NCBI RefSeq assembly: GCF_024521635.1
Contig: NW_026250418.1
Coordinates: forward strand, 248,001-312,000
Length of the DNA: 64,000 nucleotides
Origin: Tricharina praecox
Lineage: Eukaryota
Direction: 5' to 3'
Part shown: in pieces, positions 47,928 to 61,386 of the stretch
Position numbering within the stretch: position 1 is the first letter of the stretch
Layout: each line of letters starts with the position of its first letter
Translations under genes and position numbers: made by a program
Notes under the pieces: model-generated
What the model was told of the DNA's origin: nothing
Seen by the model: the letters and a program-made list of their open reading frames with translations, nothing else
Database searches by the model: none

Positions 47928-50418
47928 GTGGTTCAAGGCAACCGCAGGAGCTGGAGCTGGAGCTGCATGGTCCATGGCCCATGGGCGACCCCTCACAAAA
48001 GCACAAAAGCAACGCTGGAAATAAAAAAGAAAAAAAGAAAAAAACGATGAGAAAAAAGAAGGAAGGGAAGGGAAAATAGGAAGGAAGAAGACGTCAATAA
48101 TGCGGGGTAGAAATGCTAATAGGATTCGATGATGGCCTGGACTAGAGAGGGGGAAAAACAAAAGGAAAAAGGAAAAAGACTCATCACTGCTGCTGATAAG
48201 CTGGGATTGTATCTAGGTGTGCACCCCTCCCCAGCAGAGTGCTGGTGTCAGAGGAGTAATCGAATAGACTCCAGCCCGGAGATATTAGAAGCGTTGGAAT
48301 CGAATCGAATCGAATCGTAAAACATATCATATCATACAAGTTACAACCAACGGGCTCCAGTCCCACAAGCCAGCTGTCCGGTATACCTAGTGCTCTATGT
48401 AGGGTTGGAGTGAAATTCCCAGAATTCTTCCCCCCGCCGTCACCTTCACTTCAGGGCCCCAAACCGGCAAAGAAAGTGACTCGAACCCGAGGAGCCAGCA
48501 CCAACCAACAATCTGAGTACTTACTCCAATCCCATATAACTTTGTATCCAAACATTTCTTGGTCCTGCACCGGTGTATTAGGAAGCCTTGCCCCCACTAC
48601 GAATAACAGTGCACTGAACTTTGATTCGAGATCACTACGCCAAGACACTCTGAGTGAGCGCTGGTGACTGTTTTATGGTGGAGAACGTTTTGTCCATATT
48701 TGTCACGCCTTCACGCTGCTCTCCCAGTACATCTGGCCTGCCTACCTACATAACGTACCGATAGACATGTCTTGCGGCGGTGACGGTCCATAAAGGTGGG
48801 TTCGAGCAGTTGCCTACCTAATAGCTAAAACCTGTCACCAAGTGGTAAATATGATACTATTAACTGAGCTCTACATACCACTTGTGTTGCACACGATACG
48901 ACGTTAACTAATCCTCACCATCTCAGCCCCTCAGCGGCATGTTCCTTCCTCCAGCGGTCACTTCCCACGCATACAGCTCAGGCTAGTCGTTTTGCCGTGA
49001 ATTTCTCTGCCGGATAAGGGTGGTGGTGGTGGTGGTCGTTCAATCCACCGTTTTGGTAGAGCATGTAGTTGCTTCTTCGCCTTCATTGCACAGACATAGG
49101 CCGTTAACGTCTATGTAATAGCAACAAACCCACCACCCAACCTAATTATTCCTTCTAGAGTCCATCTAGAAGTCGGCCGTGAATGCATAGCTCCTGCATT
49201 ATCGCAATGCCTAGCCTTTCCAACCTTGGGAATCAGATTCATCCACTTTGATCGTCGACCATCCTGCGCTTTGGATTCAATTTTCGAGGCAGAAGTCTAG
49301 ATCGATTGATGTGACGAACTGTTGGGCCGATTGCAGTACGGTGTGTATTGTATCCAGCCCACGCTGAAAGGAGAAAAGCTTCGTCTCTGTTCCGATCGGC
49401 TATTTAGAGAGTTCGTGCGCGGTTACTACCGGAAGCTTATCGGGCTTGCGGTCCAGCGTTATATGATGTACCTCCATTGCGTTTGTACACCACTCTAGTG
49501 AAAAAGCTCGAAAGTCTGAAGGTCCGAAAGCAATACTGTGAAAAATCAGAGAAATGGTCGGCCACAAGCGGGTGAATTGAAAGAAAGCAAACATTTGAAG
49601 AAGAAGAAGGATGATGCTGATTATTCTTATATTCCTTTGTTTCAAGTTCTGGCCAGAAGCCAGGAGCATACATGCGTTTGCTGGAATCATCGTCTCGCAG
49701 TCCGACACGCCCAACCTTATATGCTAGAAACGAGCCTGAATGCTCCGACTCAGCACGCCCGATGCACTGGTGGAGGAAGGCTTAATTTATCCTCAAAATC
49801 CGAGTTATGGATCGCGAAGCGATAAGTTGAGTGAACCCCGCTGAAGTGGGGGCCAGTCCAGTCCCGTCTTCCTGTGGCCGTGACTAACCACCGGTACTTA
49901 GCATCGTCGAGCGTGAAATCAAAAAATGGAGGATCTCCGTACGAATCAAAGTGCAAATAATCAGCCCGAATCGTCAGTTCGACCTTCAGCTTGTCCTCTT
50001 CCGTTCTCCCTTCCCTCGTGATTGTGTTCGATGATGAAGTTACCACTCCACTTCCAAAGCTCGAAGCGAGCCGGCGAGCACAGCGGTACCGTAGTTAGAC
50101 GAGAATAGGAACCTCCCTCTTACTAAACAATCTTCACCGCGGGGCAAGCGAGAAGAAAGGCATGTACTCACAAGTTACAACCCCTCCAAAACATCACCCG
50201 ACACATGACGAACGGTGGCGAGTGACTTGAGTATCACGCCAGTTGCCAGGGCTGCATCATGTGGCGGCGCCAAGTCACTCGCGCGGGGTGTTCTCGAGGA
50301 ACCCCATAAGACGTCATTAAAACACCCTTCGCAACCCTTTACCTACCACCCATCACCCCAGCCCGACTCGCAGTAAATAAACACAACATCCACACCACCC
50401 ACTGCCCCACCGACCGCC

Positions 50419-51787
50419 ATGTCAAAAGACCTCGCGAGCTTCCACGAGGCTCTCCTGCAGTCCAAGCGTGTCCTTGCGGTCTGCGGCGCCGGTCTCTCCG
50501 CTAGCTCGGGTATCCCCACCTTCCGCGGCGCAGGCGGTGTTTGTCCCCATCTCCCCCTCCAAGCCTTCCCCGCCTTGTCCCCGCCCCCTCCCCCCACCTC
50601 CCCGCCCGTCACCCAACGTCCACTGACCCAGCTATGGCCGCCGTCCACAGATGTGGCGTAAACATAACGCGCTCGAACTCGCGACTCCCGAAGCATTTCG
50701 CAAAGACCCAGGATTAGTGTGGCAGGCATCACCTCCCTTCCACCCCGCACAACCGTGTGCTTGTTGCCCGCTTTCCCCCGCCACTAGGACTATCAAAATA
50801 ACACCGTTTTCTTCAGTTTTACTCATTGCGCCGCCACAACGCCCTCAAGGCGGCACCGAACGCGGCCCATTACGCACTCGCAGAGTTTGCGCGACAACGA
50901 CCTTTCCCAGAGTTCTTGACGTTGACCCAGAACGTCGATGGACTCTCTGAAGGTGCCGGGCACAAAGGGAAGAGCGTCGAATTCTTGCATGGAAGTCTGT
51001 TCCGTGTCCGGTGCGCCCGTTCCTGGTGTAGGTATGAACGCTTCGATATCAGCGACCCGATAACCCCCGCGCTAGCCGTGCCGGAGGGGGAGGAGGACGG
51101 CGCGTGGAGAGATGTTCCGATCGAGGGTTTACCGAAGTGTCCTGAGTGTAGTTACCCCTAGACTTCCGAGGTGGTGATGGGGGTGATGGCCGCGGTGATG
51201 GTGGTGGTGGTGGTTGTGGCGAGTGCTGACCGGGCGGGGTAATCAGGTAGGACCGGATTATTGCGGCCGGCGGTCGTATGGTTCGGCGAGGAACTCGACT
51301 CCCAGATGTTGAAGCGTATACAGCAGCACATCGCACGCGACCCAGTGGATCTCTGTATCGTCATTGGAACAAGCGGGACCGTGTATCCGGCTGCTGGGTA
51401 TGTCGTGACCTTCCATAATGTTTTCATTCATATGCTGATGTCGAATTAGCTATGCTAGCCAGGTCAAGGCGCAGGGCGGCAAGGTAGCCATCGTGGATAT
51501 CGATTGCAGTGTGAGGGGCGACGACGCGGACTGGCTGTTTGAGGGCGATGCGGCGAGGGTACTCTATTTATCCACCTTCCCTCTTTCTGACACGTGCTGA
51601 CCGCGACGGATAGCTGGTCCCCGAGATGCTCCGGCCGATAATCGGAGAAGTGTGCGTGCCGCCGGAACACCCAACGGTGCGGCAATGCCTGGAGGAACAG
51701 ATAAGGATAGCACAGAGCAGCCCGCCGAGCCCACAAAGCCCGCAGAGTCCGGTCATGACCCCGAGCTGGACCTCAACCCTTGTATAG
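50419..51787 (+). CDS. Class III sirtuin (CobB/SIRT5-like NAD-dependent deacylase)
   Basis: [33 protein letters not shown] (Y..R acyl-pocket pair), TQNVDGL, LHGSL, Zn-binding cysteines, [21 protein letters not shown]; multiple introns. Confidence 0.9.
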
Positions 51788-53735
51788 GGAGGGCATCGGG
51801 CGAAAACCGCATATCAAATTTTCATGATACTCATGGCTTTTTTTTTTCGTCCTCCACTTTTTTTGTTCTCTTCTGTGGGTGGTGAGTGATGGGGTGGGTT
51901 ATACTGGTTCCTATTTGTCTCGCAACTGGGTTCTGGTTTGACTTGGTTTTGGTTTTTGGTTTTGGTTTTGGTTTTTTGGGGGCATATTGAAGGCGCCTGC
52001 GTCTGTCTACACTACTATCGAAATATCTATCATATGGGGTTTCCACGCTATTCCTTATAGGGGTAAAATTACTGGGTTATTTGTTTCGGATTTAGTTTTC
52101 TACTCTACTGTCCGCTGAGTGAGGCCGCCGCCTTGGCCGTAGGTGGTGTAAGATTGCTCAGATAAAGGATCTAAAGTCGAATCGGAAGCTGAAGTCTGGC
52201 CGTTCTACCAACTCTGGGGATTTCGTTTTTCGGCGGCGATGAGGCTCAAGCCCGGAGTCTGTCTGTTCCTGGGCTACATACTATGATTGAATCGAGTACC
52301 CGTCGTTGTGACTGATGGCGTATTTTTTCGAGAGCGAATGCGGGTCGCAAAAGCTTATGAATGGCAATCATAGGGCGAGGTCGAGGGGCTAGTAATGCTA
52401 ACTATCACTCGGCGTCATTCACGAGTCGCGACGATTGCGGCAACTCGTTTCCTTCCCCCTCGTGTCTCTCTTGGAAGTTTGGGGTTTAAGTCGTCCAGGA
52501 ACGATTAGCAACCAAGTGTACTGGTGGACCGAGTCTCCACCTCCTTTCGGCTGTGGCAGTGTGGAGACGAGTTCTCACGGACTCGAGAGTCGAAACTGGA
52601 AACGCCGTTTGGGTGCGGAAAGCGAAGGCCAGTCGGCACTTTCACAGGTGATAAATATCTTAACCACTGGTACAGGCCATGATGGCCATGACGGCCACAC
52701 AGTCTTCCTTCCGATGATGTTGATACACACTACGGTAGTCCGTAACACTCACGCCTCAGTGCGGTGAACTCGATGTGAAATACCGAACTATTGGAGACGA
52801 GGGAGTATATAGATTTGGAAGTGGAGAATACAGGTAGGTATTCCGCTTAGTCGATTCGCTTTAGTAGTAATGTATGATAGTGTAAGGATTTGAACTGGTC
52901 CACCTGGTAGTTACTCTATCCCATAGATCGTAGCGCGCTGGAGTTCCGAAATCGCCTCCAAAATGCTTGTATCTCCGCGACCCATGATGACCACGGAAAT
53001 TTAACCAGCAAGACTTTGACTCGCCAGGTGGTTTCTCCAGTTATTGGGAAAGCACTTTATCCATTGACTTCGTGTTTTGATGTTGGTTTAAAGATGTAGG
53101 TACAGTTCCCATGCAGAAGTGCATATTCGCGTGATTCACACAGCTTTCCGCGAACATACTCGGCCACCACTACATGATATTTTGTTTGAAACTTCTAATG
53201 CTCGTAGATTTTGATGAAGAGGCATCTAGAGCCGCTATGATCTGGCGGCGTCCTCCAGAACGTACGGTACTATTGTGTTTTGGGCACAAATGTCGGCATT
53301 TTCACCCTTCTCAAGATGAGGCCAATTTTTGTCCGGTGAGCTACGTCTTCGAAATTGTGGTATCCAAGGAGCGTTGTAAGTTAGGTTGTCTATTATAGCA
53401 GTATCGAAGGCTATGAAACTCTCAGAGGCAAATAAGGAAAAATGAAAATGGTGACTACCTACTCGAGGCTTTGAATTTTGAGAAGAATCTGGGCAACTGG
53501 ACCACTTCTATGACTTCCCACGACAGGACAGTTGGCGAGGTGACGTTTGGAATGCAATATAGTAGTGTCGTAAAGTAAAATTGCTGAAATATAGGCTTCC
53601 GTGACTTGTTTTGAGACGTCAGGGTGTGATTTATGCGTCTACCAGGTTTAAGCGAGTGATAGACCGTGCGGCAGCATTTATTCATTGGTGCTTTGTCTTG
53701 TGGAGGGTTGGTGACCGTCACGGGCTTTTAATATA

Positions 53736-54956
53736 CGGCTTTTTACCCTCGTGTACCCCTCCAGCGTTGAAATTACGCCCATGGACCCCCATTACCTCGA
53801 TGTACCCCACACAGAATTTTATAATTAAAGTACGGTAATTGTTTACCACAACAAAACAAATTTATTCCTCCACCACCACCAAAACCCAGATTTTAGTTCA
53901 ATTAAAGTACGGCAATTCTTCATCACAACAAAACAAATTTTATTTCTCAATCACAACAAAACAGATTTATTTCTCCACCACCAAAAGCCAGATTGTAGTT
54001 CTACCCACCAGAATCACGTATGTAGCAGCGTTTTTTCTTTTTTCAGTTTTTCAATAATTGCTTACCTGTGTGGCTGCCTACATTTAGGCGCATAGTGACC
54101 AACACCAGTGCAGATGCTACAGCGTGGCGGAGGTTTATTAGACACGTCCGGCAGACTAGGTCCACCATTGCTAGGAGTGTACCCCTTCCTCCGCATGTCG
54201 TCCTTCTGTACTCGTTTTTTTGCCGGTCTACCCCGCGGTATCTTGGTCAATGGCCCTAGGGTACAGGGAATGGGACGAGGCCCCTTTAGTTGAATGCGAG
54301 TCTGCATGTAAACTGGCTATTAGCACAAAGTGCGGCTCCTTTGCACTGGTAATTCAGGCTTCTGCCAGTAAGTTGGCCTTTTCTCCTCATAGGGCACAAG
54401 CTGTCATGTTTATTTGGGCGGAGCCGAGTTAATGGGCGGTTAGTAGTAATTGCAGGCCAGTTTGCGATGGTCATTTTGGGCGAAGCCCAGTAAATAGCCG
54501 GTTGGTAGTAATTGCGGCCAGTTTACAATCGTCAAATTGGGCTCTTGTACTTAATTTGGCTGTCAATACTCAATGTGTCGAATGGACAGAAGCCTGATTT
54601 GGCGTTAAGGTGTAAACTGGCGATTGGCAGTAAATGCAATGTCTCTCCACCACTCTGTTCGGGCAACCGTTGGTAAAACGATACCTTACCGCTCATTAGG
54701 CTTTCGGCTTGAGTGATGAATAGGCTTCGATTTATAAATGGAGCATCATCTCCTTATTCAGCCGACCCCGCCATGCCCCCCGCCATGCCTACCAACGTTG
54801 ATGCCCACTACTAACCACATTCGTTTTCTCCCACCGACAGCTCCACCATCACTTCCTCATCTCGCTGACAGCTCCTTCTCTTGCATGCAGCTTCTCCTTC
54901 CCTTCCTTCTCACGCCGCAACTCCTTCTCCCGCGAACATCTCCTCCTTCACGTCCT

Positions 54957-54987
<31 letters not shown>

Positions 54988-56298
54988 CAGCTATTCCATC
55001 ACTTCACCCTGCTCGCACCCACAGCTCCTGCATCACTTCTTCTTCTCGCTGACAGGCTACAGCTCCCCCATCAGTCCGCCCCACAGTATTCCCCCTCGCC
55101 GCCGCTCGCTCTTTGACAGTCCCTGATCTTCTTACAGCAGGTACGCATCATGCTCCTATGCTATCCTACACACCTGCTTCGCTGCGGATACCCCACTGTC
55201 AGCGCCGCTGATAGCGCTCTGTCCTCGTCCTCCTTTACTGTCTAACAGCACCTGGCCCTCTTGCCACCAGTACGTCTTCTCCTCCTATGCCATCCTACAG
55301 TATCATGCCTGACTCGCTCGCGGCTGCGGATACTGGCAGGCAGTCTATTGAGCACGCCGGTCATGTTGAATGTGTGTTAAGATGACGGGGTGGGAGCCGG
55401 CGAGCGAGGGAGAGCGGGGGACAAGCAGGGTTCGGTTTGCTTGGGCGTGGACGGGAGGATATATATTGGGCGAGCAGCAGTAGCTAGAATCACAGCAATC
55501 TGAAGCAGCAGATTTCACTCGTATAATTGTTCAATATCAGCCATATGAACTCCTAAAAGCCATTTATTATCAACGCCAGTTGAGCAACTGTGCCCTTTTC
55601 TAGTCGTATGTACTAGGTATCGCCCTTTATACCTTACAGCCTTTTTAATCTTTCAAGCCTAAATACAGCCTTTTCACAGCCTTTTCACAACCTTTTCACA
55701 GCTAAATAGAGGCTAATTACAGCCAGAAAAAATATTGGAAGCCGATTTAAATGCGTGCCCATTCAACAAAACGGGCCCTGTCCCATTACCTGTACCATAG
55801 GGATGGTTGCTTGCAGGATTGAAGCTGAAGTTCGTTCTCTCCAGTCTCATCTGCCTGGCGTGGAGAGTCTGAGCCCGAATCCTCCTTGATAATTTTCTTG
55901 AAGCCCTTCTAGTCGAACGGTGTCATAGCCGCTTTGTAGATTCCGGCCCATTTGCCACAATAAAGGGCCTCAGGGATGTAATCAATTCGAGGCCGTTCTT
56001 TGAGCTGATGTATAGTTGAAATTGCGTGACCACATAGAACTCCTGTGGCCTGGTAACGGATGCAAGAGCAAGTAGACTGTCAAATCCGAAACGAAATTGA
56101 TTTTGTTGTGGCGAAGAATTGCCGTACTTTAATTGAAATAAAATCTGGTTTTTGGTGGTGGTGGAGGAATAAATTTGTTTTGTTGTGGTAAACAATTACC
56201 GTACTTTAATTATAAAATTTTGTGTGGGGTACATCGAAGTAATGGGGGTCCATGGGCGTAGTTTCAGCGCTGGAGGGGTACACGAGGGTAAAACGCCG
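53736..56298. mobile_element. Non-autonomous Mutator-like element (MULE), ~210-bp TIRs, 9-bp TSD
   Basis: ~53736-53946 is an inverted repeat of ~56088-56298. Flanks TTTAATATA (53727-53735) and TTTAATAAA (56299-56307) match at 8/9. Confidence 0.85.
54062..54307 (-). pseudogene. C-terminal remnant of a MULE transposase
   Basis: PRGRPAKKR followed by the CCHC knuckle CSICTGVGHYAPKC, typical of MULE transposase C-termini; no DDE domain visible. Confidence 0.75.
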
Positions 56299-59200
56299 TT
56301 TAATAAATCACGTCTTTGGTCTCTGAGGTGGTCATTATGTAAATGACGATTTTCGTGCTGAACAAGGCAGGTTTGTATCTTAAATTGCGGCTTGCCAGAT
56401 GGTGAAGATCTCTCATGCCTCTTCTCATTTAGAACCTTAAACACAAGCGTGAAGATTTCCAAATTCCACTAAATCATACCCAGGGGCCAAGAGAAAAACT
56501 CTCTCCGTAAATTCTCTAGGCTTATATGGCCTACTTTTGGAGATGTTCCGGGTTGAGTAAATTTGCGTAGTCATTTTGGGACTCTAAGTTTAAACTTACG
56601 ATCCATGGGATAGCGTTGACGATGGACGCATACTTGTTTACTACGAGGTCTCAGTAGTGACGCACTGCGAATACATCACCAACCCAATCAAGAGTTGACT
56701 TTACCCCCCTTATTCTATGGTAAGCACCTCCGGAAGATAGCAGATCGGCGGGGAGATATAACTATAACCCAGCCTATAGAGATATTCAAATCATTATCAG
56801 CGATATAGCATACCTAGCATATCTCATCTACACGCACGATCGGTGAAAATCCCCTTATGGAATGAAATGGTGGATTCCGTATGAAAATCAACTGCGAACG
56901 ATGGTCGAGTGCAACGAGCTCGAAAGTCGAAACCGTGGTCCGTGGCTGATCCGCTCCCCAGAATTGAGTTGAACCCGAAGACCGAAGAATCCGAGTTCAA
57001 GTGAATCTTCATCCGTACCCGGCCGACGGCCGACTTATCATCCCCCAACCGCATCCGATACCGATCGAGAGTCTGTGAGTAAATATGTAGTGCCTAGCAG
57101 CAGCGGCCGAACTGCTCTTGCTCTTATTAAACATCCGGGAAGAAAAAAAAGCGCAATAGTTACGCTGCATAGTAGAACCCGTGTACCAAGTTCGCCACTA
57201 CTAGTAACTAGCGGGTGGGACCTCGAAATCACCGGTAATTGTAATCTGCGCATAGGTATTCGGAGGGTCACTCGTCTGATGGATATGTATGTACAAAGAA
57301 CAGGTGTGTTCTGGTATCGGCCTGTGTTGAAGAAGCGCAAGCCAGCACCGCCGCTGCCCCAATACAGTAGATGCGTTACGTTCCGCTGGTTGATTCTCCG
57401 CTGCTGCGGTGTTCGTGGTTGCATCTCCGATTATCACACGAGTTCGAGTTCGAGACGTGCATTTCTGGGATTCGGAATGGTCAGCCTGTTCCGCAGAGCT
57501 TCCTGGCGAAAGCTATGGCTTTACCAAGTGTTCGTTTTCCATACATTGCCTTTTGTTTCTCGGAGGGAAGTAGGTAGGTAGGTAAGATGTATGATAATTA
57601 TTTCCAAATCTCAACGGTGACAATACCTAGAGCGCGCATCATCCTGGAAATAAGACCTCACTCTCACGAGTCACGCATCCCTTCTGCAGCCGGCCCACCA
57701 TTACACCATTACCCAGAGTCTTAGCCTTAACCACGGAATTGAAAAACCATAGCCAAGTAGGAACGGCCTCAACACCGCTCCCCCCACCACCACGCTCACC
57801 TCCCTACCCCCAACGGCCCCACAAACCTCAAAACCGCCCACACACCCACACGCCCACACGCCCACGAAGCACCCACACCGTACACGGCAGCATTCTCGTC
57901 TCGGCTCCTGCGTCCACCTATAGTAGCGGTGTACCAGTGCTCGACACAGTGCTGGTGAGTCCGGTGGTTGCACACCGTCATGATCGTGATGAACTCCGTC
58001 TTTGGACTTCCGTGTGAGTGTTCCGGGGCGAGGTAGACGAGGCGGGTGACGCTGGCGAGTGATGTGCAATGGTACACTGATACTGGTTGGCAGGTGGGTG
58101 TTGAGGGGGACGTGGTTTAGATGGGGGGTGGAAGAGGAGGATTGGGATGGGAAAGAGAGGGTTACTAGACGGGAGTAGGGAGGACTGTATGTGGTTTGTA
58201 CGGATGGAGGGGGATCATGATGAACGGCCTACGGGACAGTGAGGGCTTTGGGGAGGCAGATAGGGGCTGCCGTCTTGAGTTGGAGGCGCTGAAGCATCCA
58301 CGAAGAAATTACGTGAATTTTTTTGAAAGATGGGTGACGTCAACTAGACTTCCGGTCCTCGAGGCTCAAGAACGTCTTTTCGGTTGGTAACGGCGTCGAC
58401 CGGCGACTCGAGTACCGAGTGATTGGACATGAACATGATGGCTTCTTTTTCTTTTGCATCTGGGGGTTGCGCCTTGGTCGTACGCAGCGAACCGTTCGCT
58501 CGGACGACTCATTGGTGCTGTCTAGCAACCAAAAGAACCCTCCCGTCCGCCTTTCCATCACTGCATAAGTTAAGCGCTCCGCTCCCGTTGGGCGGTCCGC
58601 CCAGCGCATGCATATAATATACCCCTCCGCAGTCCGCACAATCTCCAGGTAAATGATTAATTCGCAGACGATCTCGACCGCTCGCACACCAGCGGGCGGA
58701 GTATTCGTGATTCACTATATGTTCCGCACCTAGCATGCACGGTAGGCGTCTATGCTTGTGGTTGGGGGCGCCGGCCATGGTCCACCGAGCTGCGAATGTA
58801 ACGCGCGGGTATCGGTATGCGGCCAGTGAGATATTGTTTACCATTCCGCTCGTGTTAGGGATGCAACGGAACAAAACCCTTCATTAGGTGGAATGTAACG
58901 TTCCCGTGGCTACGCACACCATGCCGAGTCTCGAATCATGTGGTTAATGTTCCTGCATGATCGATGGTTCATGCAAATGTGGCGTTGCGGCACAGGAGAA
59001 TGTGGAGTACCTAGGTGCATATTTGGACAATTATTTGCTACATATGATACTAGTAGTCTGTAACGAATAGAGTTGACGAGAAACGCTTGGCCGAATCGAT
59101 GGCGGAGGTATGTAGGGGCTTCGTTTGACATGGAATGGAATGGGGGCGGAGACGACGTCCGAAGTTGAAGAATTACGGAGACAAGGGACACACTGCGGTC

Positions 59201-60224
59201 TGCCTCTCTCCTGGCTATGCCATGCGTTCGGCGTCTCGCACGGCGCCTCCGGCCGCATTCTCCGGATCGGAACTCGGCAATGCTTGGCCATCGTTACTTA
59301 GTCAAGGAGAAGGCCCGAGGGAGGCGCCGGTTGGACGGTCTAAGCCGAACGGCAATGTCGTCGTGATGTTCCCCAACAGCCTTCGTCGATTCCTGGAAGC
59401 TGAAGCAAGCACAAGTTACATCAGGAAAGATTGCCTGTTGGAAAGCGGCAAATCCCTCTCCGGCCTACCTATTCAGTCGGCTGGTAACAAGCATCATTGA
59501 GGTGCCAGAAACATGAGTAATGTGCTGAAAGCCGAGTGCGCAATTGCCGCAGAATTCCGCACTTTCGTCGTAGGCGCCAGCACTCTGCGTTTTTGCTTTC
59601 TTTCGGAATGCCGCGATGGTACTCTACTCTACACACCTGTTCGCAGGGGGATTCCGGAGTTTTGTTCCTCACCCCAGAGAGCAGGTGGGAGCAGGCCAGG
59701 AATGGCAATCAGCCCTGCCGATAGCTATGGCCTGGATGGGATGGAGACAGTCGACGCAATAGAGACTGATCCCTGTGCGGATGCGCCAACTGGCACCTGG
59801 CACATATTGCCGGCCCGTCTTTCTGGAGACGAAGGACCTCCTGCGGCTACTGTGATGTGGCGAGGAAGCGACCCATGTTGGTAGCACAGCGAAGAAGCCC
59901 GCCCCCCTTGCCCGCCCCCCTCCCTTCTCCCCCCCGGCCATTACTGCCATCTCATCCATCCCACGGAATCTCCCACAAGCCACCACGCCCACCAGCCCTT
60001 AGCATGGTATTTCAGCCCTGGAAAAGACACGGGATCCCTCCTCTCTTCCCTCCTTCAAACGCACCCACCCTTCCAATCTTCGATGAGCAATTAAGTACCC
60101 GTCGTCAACGCTCCCACGGTCCGGACGACAGATAAACAGACAGACAGACAGACAGATAGACGGACAACACAGCACAGCACGACAGGGAGAAAAAAAATCA
60201 CCTGGATCCACCGACAAATTCGAA

Positions 60225-61386
60225 ATGCTTTCTTCGTGGGCCGTCTGCGTTGCGCTCTGGACTCTGAGCATCCAATCCGTACGGGCGGCGGCGCCGGACA
60301 ACACCAGCAGCACCTGGGTTCCGTTGGAAAACGTCAAGAACATCTGCGGGCGGGACGATAGCTATTCGAGTGGGGTTTACACCTGTGAGTCAACCACGCA
60401 CACCGTCCGGAGGAATAAACCTCATTCTGACTTGTGGGGTCCGTGAAGTTTCGACGAACCGTCTTGAGCCGCAGGGAGCCGTCGGTTGGCAATGTATGGA
60501 AGTGAGTGAAGCCTGCCGTCTCCTGCTTCGTCGCCGTCGTCGTTGCGTTGTTCATTCGATGCTAACCATCATCGTCCAATAGGTAGGAGATGCTCCACAT
60601 CGCTTCAATAACGAGAGTGCCTGGGCGGTATCGTGGATGTGGGAAGACGACTCGGCGACGACATTACATGGCTTCCCGAATGCCAGAATCAACCACACCG
60701 TACTGCCGACCCGGATTTCGGGTATCAACACGTTGTGGTTATACGCGATATGGACCTATGTCGCGGGCAACGGCACTGCGAAGGCCATAGACGGGGTCAT
60801 CAACGTGGACATGGCTGCCAATGTGGTGTTGGATATCTTCATCGACTCGGACCCTCAAAAAGCCGGCTCTCCGACGGAGGCGAAGCACGAGCTGATGGTA
60901 TGGCTGGGGGCGTACGGAGGCGTGCTGCCGATAGGCTACAAGAGCACGCCTGTCAAGAAGAGAACCGTGGGGAAAGTGAATTTGTGAGCCCTTCCGTGCC
61001 ACCTCGCAGCAGCGATTCGAGACTGACGGATCCTTAGCAACCTCTACGAAGGTACGAACGAGCGGGGGCAACATGTGTACTCTTGGATGGCGGACACAAA
61101 CACTACGACGTTCTTCTCAGACATCTCGGCCCTGGTACAAAGCCTTGCGAAGGACAGTGGAGATGGCTTCAGCGATGACGATTACATTGGTCTCGTGCGA
61201 TTAGGCACACAGACATATCACACGAAATCAAATTCGTCGGTGACCTTCACCGCTCAAGTGATGAAGCTGGAGGTGATACCGGGAATACCAAAGCCTTTGG
61301 ATTCCGGCGTGGGGAGTCTGCGAGTCGGGTTCGGATCGATTCTGCTTCCCGTAGGAGTCGGTTTGGCAGCCATTTTTTTCGGATGA
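60225..61386 (+). CDS. Secreted glycoside hydrolase family 12 protein with putative GPI-anchor signal
   Basis: Exons 60225-60384, 60449-60501, 60583-60983, 61038-61386. Signal peptide; LHGFPNA, ANVVLDIF, HELMVWLGAYGGVLPIG; hydrophobic C-terminus. Confidence 0.85.

Noticed and set aside
57701..58077. Small Cys/His-containing minus-strand ORFs
   Set aside because: No domain match or splice support visible.
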